A DNA stretch of 43,328 nucleotides from contig JAHFTJ010000001.1 of assembly GCA_023269435.1 (NCBI GenBank), positions 1 through 43,328 of the forward strand, in the 5' to 3' direction. Positions within the stretch are counted from its first letter, which is position 1. Each line of letters starts with the position of its first letter. The notes under the pieces are model-generated. The model did not search any database. It saw only the letters and a list, made by a program, of their open reading frames with translations, and was not told the origin of the DNA. Positions 38,707 through 43,328 of this stretch are shown piece after piece. The DNA comes from Chlamydiota bacterium. Its GTDB lineage: Bacteria > Chlamydiota > Chlamydiia > Chlamydiales > 2-12-FULL-49-11. Made by a program: the position numbers and the translations under genes.

Positions 38707-39762
38707 TTAAGGTTCTGAGAAGTATTGTTTTATTTCACTAAAAGATTTATTTGTTGGTAACAATAACATTAACAACAATCTAGCTTTTGCCGCTCTCAAG
38801 GTTGTTGATAAAATTGCACCAGCGGCTTCTAATGTAGACCCACCTCCTGCGTCTCCATATTCACCTGCTATTGCTCCATTATGAACTCTAGTAGAAATAA
38901 CTACAGTTACATTTTTACTTAACGCATATTTTATAGCATCAAACATTAATGCGTTTACATTTCCCTCTCCAACTCCTATAACTACAATCCCTTTTGCTCC
39001 ATTGTCAACGCTAGCTCTAATCAAGCTACCATCAGATCCTGCGTAATCACTTAGTATATCAATTTTAGGCAACACTGACGGTATTGATAACGTATGTCTA
39101 TATAAAACATCATTCATCCTCAACACTTTACCTTTCAATATGTATCCTAAATAGCCACTTTCTTCAGATTGAAACGTTTGTGGATTTGTTGCTTGCATTT
39201 TAGAGACTCTTCTAGCGGAATTAATGTATTGATTTAACGTTACAGTAACCCCCCAATTAGTAGCATTTGGATCACAAACCTGCGTAATAGCATTTATAAG
39301 GTTTGGAGGCCCATCTGAATATGGACTTGAAGCATTTCTCATGGCTCCTGTAAATACAACTGGCTTATTTACAGTTAATGTTAAATCTAAAAAATACGAA
39401 CCCTCTGACATTGTATCAGTGCCATGAGTAATGACAACCCCTTTAACATATGGCTTCTTTAATATATCATCAACTGTTTTACTTAATTTCGCCCATATCT
39501 CAGGTGTCATCTGCGAACTATCTATATTTGAAAAATTAACAACCTCTATATTAGCTATCTTATTTAATTCTGGAATATTAGCCACTAATTCTTCGCCAGT
39601 TACGGCAGGAATTGCCGCTCCTGTTTTCGGATCTATTTTTTCTGCAATCGTACCACCTGTTGCAACAATTACAACGGTTGGTAACTTTGGATTTTCCGCT
39701 ATCAATGTATGCGTAAAGTAGACATTAAACATTAAAGCAGAAATGATCGACAATCTTTTCAT
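38707..39762 (-). CDS. Exported L-asparaginase (type II-like)
   Basis: ATGGTIA, NIDSS, ITHGTDTM, VFTGAMR, DGPPNL; AAGGAG RBS and signal peptide from ATG 39762. Confidence 0.94.
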   Translation of the reverse strand: MKRLSIISALMFNVYFTHTLIAENPKLPTVVIVATGGTIAEKIDPKTGAAIPAVTGEELVANIPELNKIANIEVVNFSNIDSSQMTPEIWAKLSKTVDDILKKPYVKGVVITHGTDTMSEGSYFLDLTLTVNKPVVFTGAMRNASSPYSDGPPNLINAITQVCDPNATNWGVTVTLNQYINSARRVSKMQATNPQTFQSEESGYLGYILKGKVLRMNDVLYRHTLSIPSVLPKIDILSDYAGSDGSLIRASVDNGAKGIVVIGVGEGNVNALMFDAIKYALSKNVTVVISTRVHNGAIAGEYGDAGGGSTLEAAGAILSTTLRAAKARLLLMLLLPTNKSFSEIKQYFSEP

Positions 39763-39825
39763 ACTTCTCCTTGTTAGTCGAAACAAAATTCTACTTTCAA
39801 CATTTAATATTTTGAAAAATATAAG

Positions 39826-39997
39826 TCTACACAAATGAATTCAAAAGTTGGGAATTTGACAAAGCCGGCACCACATATTTGAAGTAGCGTAGCGACGTCG
39901 AAGCAGCTCAACTTGAATAGGTTGAGCGATGTAGACGACTTAAAAGATGAGGATGCCAGCGAAGTCAAAAGCCAACTTTTAAGTTTTTTTGTGTATA
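39826..39997. mobile_element. ~170-bp palindromic MITE/RPE-like element
   Basis: Imperfect ~33-bp terminal IRs (TACACAAATGAATTCAAAAGTTGGGAATTTGAC / GTCAAAAGCCAACTTTTAAGTTTTTTTGTGTA), continued inner pairing, central hairpin GCTCAAC-N8-GTTGAGC; more GC-rich than flanks. Confidence 0.75.
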
Positions 39998-40064
39998 AAT
40001 ATCTTTTTCATCTCCCCTCCTGCGAAATGTTGGTTTTAACTCGTCAATTTTTATAAATTCTAAT

Positions 40065-40143
40065 TTGACATGATTTATAAAAAATGGCATATTTGGTATT
40101 GAAGCAATCAACATATTGTATGTGTTACATTATATAAGGAGAA
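40065..40143 (+). promoter_or_regulatory. nrdD promoter with tandem NrdR-box-like sites
   Basis: TTGACA-N17-CATATT (40065..40093); AATCAACATATTGTAT (40106..40121) and weaker ACATTATATAAGGAGA (40128..40143) overlapping the RBS. Confidence 0.6.
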
Positions 40144-40147
40144 TACA

Positions 40148-42304
40148 ATGTCTATCGTGGAAGAAAAGAAAAAAAATACATTAATTAATGTAGAAAAACG
40201 AGACGGTTCACAAGTGTCATTTGATATACAAAAAATCATAACAGCCATAGAAAAAGTAGGAAATGAAACAAAAGAGTTTGATATAGAAGAGGCTGCAATT
40301 ATAGCAAATGAAGTTGTTGTAACTTTATGTGAACGTGCTAATGGTTGCATTCCTAAAATTGAAGACATACAAAGTATAGTTGAATACACATTGTTTCAGA
40401 GAGGGCTTTTTACATCAGCTCGTGCATACATAGTTTATAGAGAAAAACATGCTGAAATTAGAAAAAATTTTAAATGTATGGTTGATGTTATTGACTCTAC
40501 AAATCAATATTTAGATAGAAAAGATTGGCGCGTAAATGCCAATGCCAATCAAGGCTACTCATTAGGTGGATTGATTTTAAATTCATCTGGAAAACTTACA
40601 GCAAATTACTGGCTTAGCCATGTCTATTCACCACAAATTGGAGCAGCTCATAGGGAGGGTGATTTTCACATTCATGATCTAGACATATTGGCTGGATATT
40701 GCGCTGGATGGTCACTCAGAGTTTTGCTAGAAGAGGGTTTTAATGGAGTCCCTGGCAAGGTTGAAGCTAGCGCTCCACGACACATGTCAAGTGCAATAGG
40801 ACAAATTGTTAATTTTTTAGGAACCCTACAAAATGAATGGGCTGGAGCTCAAGCTTTTAGTTCATTTGACACTTACATGGCTCCATTTGTGCGTAAAGAT
40901 AGCATGACTTATGAAGATGTTAAACAAAACATACAAGAATTAATTTTTAATTTAAATATACCATCAAGATGGGGGACGCAAACTCCATTTACTAACTTAA
41001 CATTTGATTGGACTTGTCCAGAAGATTTAAAAGATAAACATCCTATAATCGGCAATAAGGAGATGGAATTTACTTATGGTTCTTTAGAAAAAGAAATGGG
41101 ACTTATAAATCGCGCTTATATGGAAATAATGATTTCTGGCGATGCTAAAGGGAGGGTTTTTACATTTCCAATACCAACTTATAATATTACAGATGATTTT
41201 TTATGGGACAGTGAAAATGCTAATCTTTTATTTGATATGACAGCAAAATATGGACTTCCATATTTTCAAAATTTCATAAATTCTGAATTAAAACCTAACA
41301 TGATTCGTTCTATGTGTTGTAGGCTTCAATTAGATTTAAGAGAGTTGTTGAAACGAGGTAATGGTTTATTTGGATCCGCAGAACAGACTGGTTCTCTTGG
41401 AGTTGTAACAATTAACTGCGCTCGTCTTGGCTATCGTTTTGCTGGGCATGAAAAAGAATTAATGGACAAATTATGCAATCTTCTTGACTTAGCAAAGGAG
41501 AGCTTGGAATTAAAGCGCAAAATAATACAAATGTATATGGATAATGGTTTATATCCATACACAAAGAGATACTTAGGAACGCTACGGAATCATTTTTCTA
41601 CAATAGGTGTAAATGGAATAAATGAGATGATTCGTAATTTTACAAAAGACTGCGAAGATATAACTACGGAATGGGGGTTTAATTTTGCATGTAAAATACT
41701 AGATTACATTCGTAATAAAATCACCTCTTTTCAAGAAGAGAGTGGACATTTGTATAATTTAGAAGCCACACCTGCAGAATCAACAACATACAGATTTGCC
41801 AAAGAAGATAAAAAAAGATTTCCAAATATTATACATGCAGGGACAAACGACAATCCATATTACACAAATTCTTCTCAGTTGCCAGTTGGATTTACAGATG
41901 ATCCGTTCGAAGCTTTAGATAGACAAGATATTTTACAACGAAAATACACTGGTGGAACAGTTCTTCATTTATATATGAATGAACGAATATCTTCTGGAGA
42001 AGTTTGTAAACAAATTGTTAAAAAAGCATTACAAATGTATAAATTACCTTATATAACTATTACGCCTACGTTTTCTATATGTCATAAACACGGCTATTTA
42101 AAAGGGGAACAAGAGTATTGTCCAACATGTGACGATATTTTATTAAACAGCAACGGTATTTTAAAAAATGAAGATAGAACTCGCTGCGAAGTGTGGACTC
42201 GTGTTATGGGGTATTTGAGACCTGTAGATTCTTTTAATATCGGTAAAAAAGGAGAATACAATGAGAGGGTTTTCTTCACTGAGGACAAAACGTGTTGTCA
42301 ATAG
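40148..42304 (+). CDS. nrdD: Anaerobic (class III) ribonucleoside-triphosphate reductase with ATP cone
   Basis: VEKRDG ATP cone, HIHDL, GYC, SMCCRL, EATPAE, CxxH...CxxC, glycyl-radical motif RVMGY. Confidence 0.97.
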   Translation: MSIVEEKKKNTLINVEKRDGSQVSFDIQKIITAIEKVGNETKEFDIEEAAIIANEVVVTLCERANGCIPKIEDIQSIVEYTLFQRGLFTSARAYIVYREKHAEIRKNFKCMVDVIDSTNQYLDRKDWRVNANANQGYSLGGLILNSSGKLTANYWLSHVYSPQIGAAHREGDFHIHDLDILAGYCAGWSLRVLLEEGFNGVPGKVEASAPRHMSSAIGQIVNFLGTLQNEWAGAQAFSSFDTYMAPFVRKDSMTYEDVKQNIQELIFNLNIPSRWGTQTPFTNLTFDWTCPEDLKDKHPIIGNKEMEFTYGSLEKEMGLINRAYMEIMISGDAKGRVFTFPIPTYNITDDFLWDSENANLLFDMTAKYGLPYFQNFINSELKPNMIRSMCCRLQLDLRELLKRGNGLFGSAEQTGSLGVVTINCARLGYRFAGHEKELMDKLCNLLDLAKESLELKRKIIQMYMDNGLYPYTKRYLGTLRNHFSTIGVNGINEMIRNFTKDCEDITTEWGFNFACKILDYIRNKITSFQEESGHLYNLEATPAESTTYRFAKEDKKRFPNIIHAGTNDNPYYTNSSQLPVGFTDDPFEALDRQDILQRKYTGGTVLHLYMNERISSGEVCKQIVKKALQMYKLPYITITPTFSICHKHGYLKGEQEYCPTCDDILLNSNGILKNEDRTRCEVWTRVMGYLRPVDSFNIGKKGEYNERVFFTEDKTCCQ

Positions 42305-42978
42305 GCGGCTTTGTAACTTTTAGCAGTTTGGATTGGCCCGGTGTTCTTTCAGCTGTAATATTTTGTCAAGGATGTGGTTGGAGGTGTCGCTATTGTCACA
42401 ATACACAATTACAAACTAATTTAAATAATGACATTTTTTCATGGGAAAAAATTGGAGTATTTTTAGATAAAAGAAAAAACATCCTTGACGGTGTAGTATT
42501 TAGTGGAGGCGAACCTTTATTTCAACAAAATTTAGCCTTAGCAATGCAACAGGTAATTGATAAAGGTTTTAAGGTCGGCCTTCACACTTCTGGCGTATTG
42601 CCTAAAAAATTGAATGAAATAATTCATTTAGTTGACTGGATTGGATTAGATATAAAAGCTCCATTAGATAAATATGATGAAATTACAGGTGTTAAAAATA
42701 GTGGTGTAAAAGCTTTTGAATCACTTAAAATTGTTATGGATTCAAAAAAGGATTACGAAGTAAGAACAACTGCCCATCAATCTTTGTTAAGTGGACAAAA
42801 TATTTTAGATCTTGCTACACTATTGTCGTCAATTGGCGTTAAGACCTATGCGTTGCAATCTTTTAGAGCAAAAGGATGTAAAGATGAGGAGCTTATCGAT
42901 AAACATAGACCATATATTGATGATGAACTTTGTAAAAATTTAGATAAATTATTCCCTAATTTTATATTTAGAGGTTAA
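42292..42978 (+). CDS. nrdG: Anaerobic RNR activating radical SAM protein
   Basis: GCGWRCRYCHN, FSGGEP, LDIKAP, EVRTT; overlaps the nrdD 3' end. Confidence 0.95.
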   Translation: MLSIGGFVTFSSLDWPGVLSAVIFCQGCGWRCRYCHNTQLQTNLNNDIFSWEKIGVFLDKRKNILDGVVFSGGEPLFQQNLALAMQQVIDKGFKVGLHTSGVLPKKLNEIIHLVDWIGLDIKAPLDKYDEITGVKNSGVKAFESLKIVMDSKKDYEVRTTAHQSLLSGQNILDLATLLSSIGVKTYALQSFRAKGCKDEELIDKHRPYIDDELCKNLDKLFPNFIFRG

Positions 42979-42981
42979 AAC

Positions 42982-43328
42982 ATGACTAGATCAATCAACA
43001 AGCAAAATATAAATACATTCAGAGACGATTTTAACAAATCAGATATCTACAGATTAACTAGAAATGCCCTAACTAGATCTGAGCTTAAAAAAGTAGCTAT
43101 GGATTGGGATCGTTTCTCATCTATTAATCATAATTTTTCAAATACAATCTCCAACGAACTGCCTGCAACAAATCAAAATACAACAGGTAGATGTTGGATT
43201 TTTGCAGCATTAAACTTGTTAAGAATTAAAGTTGCAAGAAAATTTAAATTAGAAAAATTTGAATTATCACAAAGTTATATTTACTTTTGGGATAAGTTTG
43301 AAAAAGCTAACTTTTTTCTTGAAAATAT
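42982..43328 (+). CDS. pepC: Aminopeptidase C / bleomycin hydrolase (C1B), partial
   Basis: Manual translation: TNQNTTGRCWIFAALN, FELSQSYIYFWDKFEKANFFLE; runs off the window end. Confidence 0.93.
   Translation, partial: MTRSINKQNINTFRDDFNKSDIYRLTRNALTRSELKKVAMDWDRFSSINHNFSNTISNELPATNQNTTGRCWIFAALNLLRIKVARKFKLEKFELSQSYIYFWDKFEKANFFLEN

Noticed and set aside
39763-39834. Extended asparaginase N-terminus from the ORF track
   Set aside because: ATG 39762 has an AAGGAG RBS and gives a clean signal peptide; the extension runs into the palindromic element.
2696-42288. Numerous short antisense ORFs within large genes (e.g. 13137..13556, 35320..35622, 39431..39721)
   Set aside because: Fully overlap well-supported genes and show no motifs.

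Overview
AT-rich chromosomal segment of an environmental member of the phylum Chlamydiae, inferred from gene order: ssrA/ileS/long lepB/CT021-like, pyrG-ruvX-zwf-opcA-pgl, a SycD/CopB2-type operon, and tRNA-Val-infC-rpmI-rplT-pheS-tRNA-Ser. Most of the window is housekeeping. The first 2 kb, downstream of the tmRNA gene, is an accessory zone. It holds an IS630 end, a decayed radical SAM/SPASM gene and an IstB fragment, separated by two 35-bp repeats that start with a copy of the tmRNA 3' end. Each repeat is followed by a promoter-like sequence, giving the look of a tandem att/cassette array. Other points of note are a GH18 chitinase-like protein with two 175-aa repeats and no Sec signal (possible T3SS effector) and an exported peroxiredoxin lacking its catalytic Cys. 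There is also a possible pseudo-phosphatase, a ~170-bp palindromic element with a collapsed copy, and a class III (anaerobic) ribonucleotide reductase with NrdR-like boxes. All calls come from reading motifs by eye; no database searches were run.
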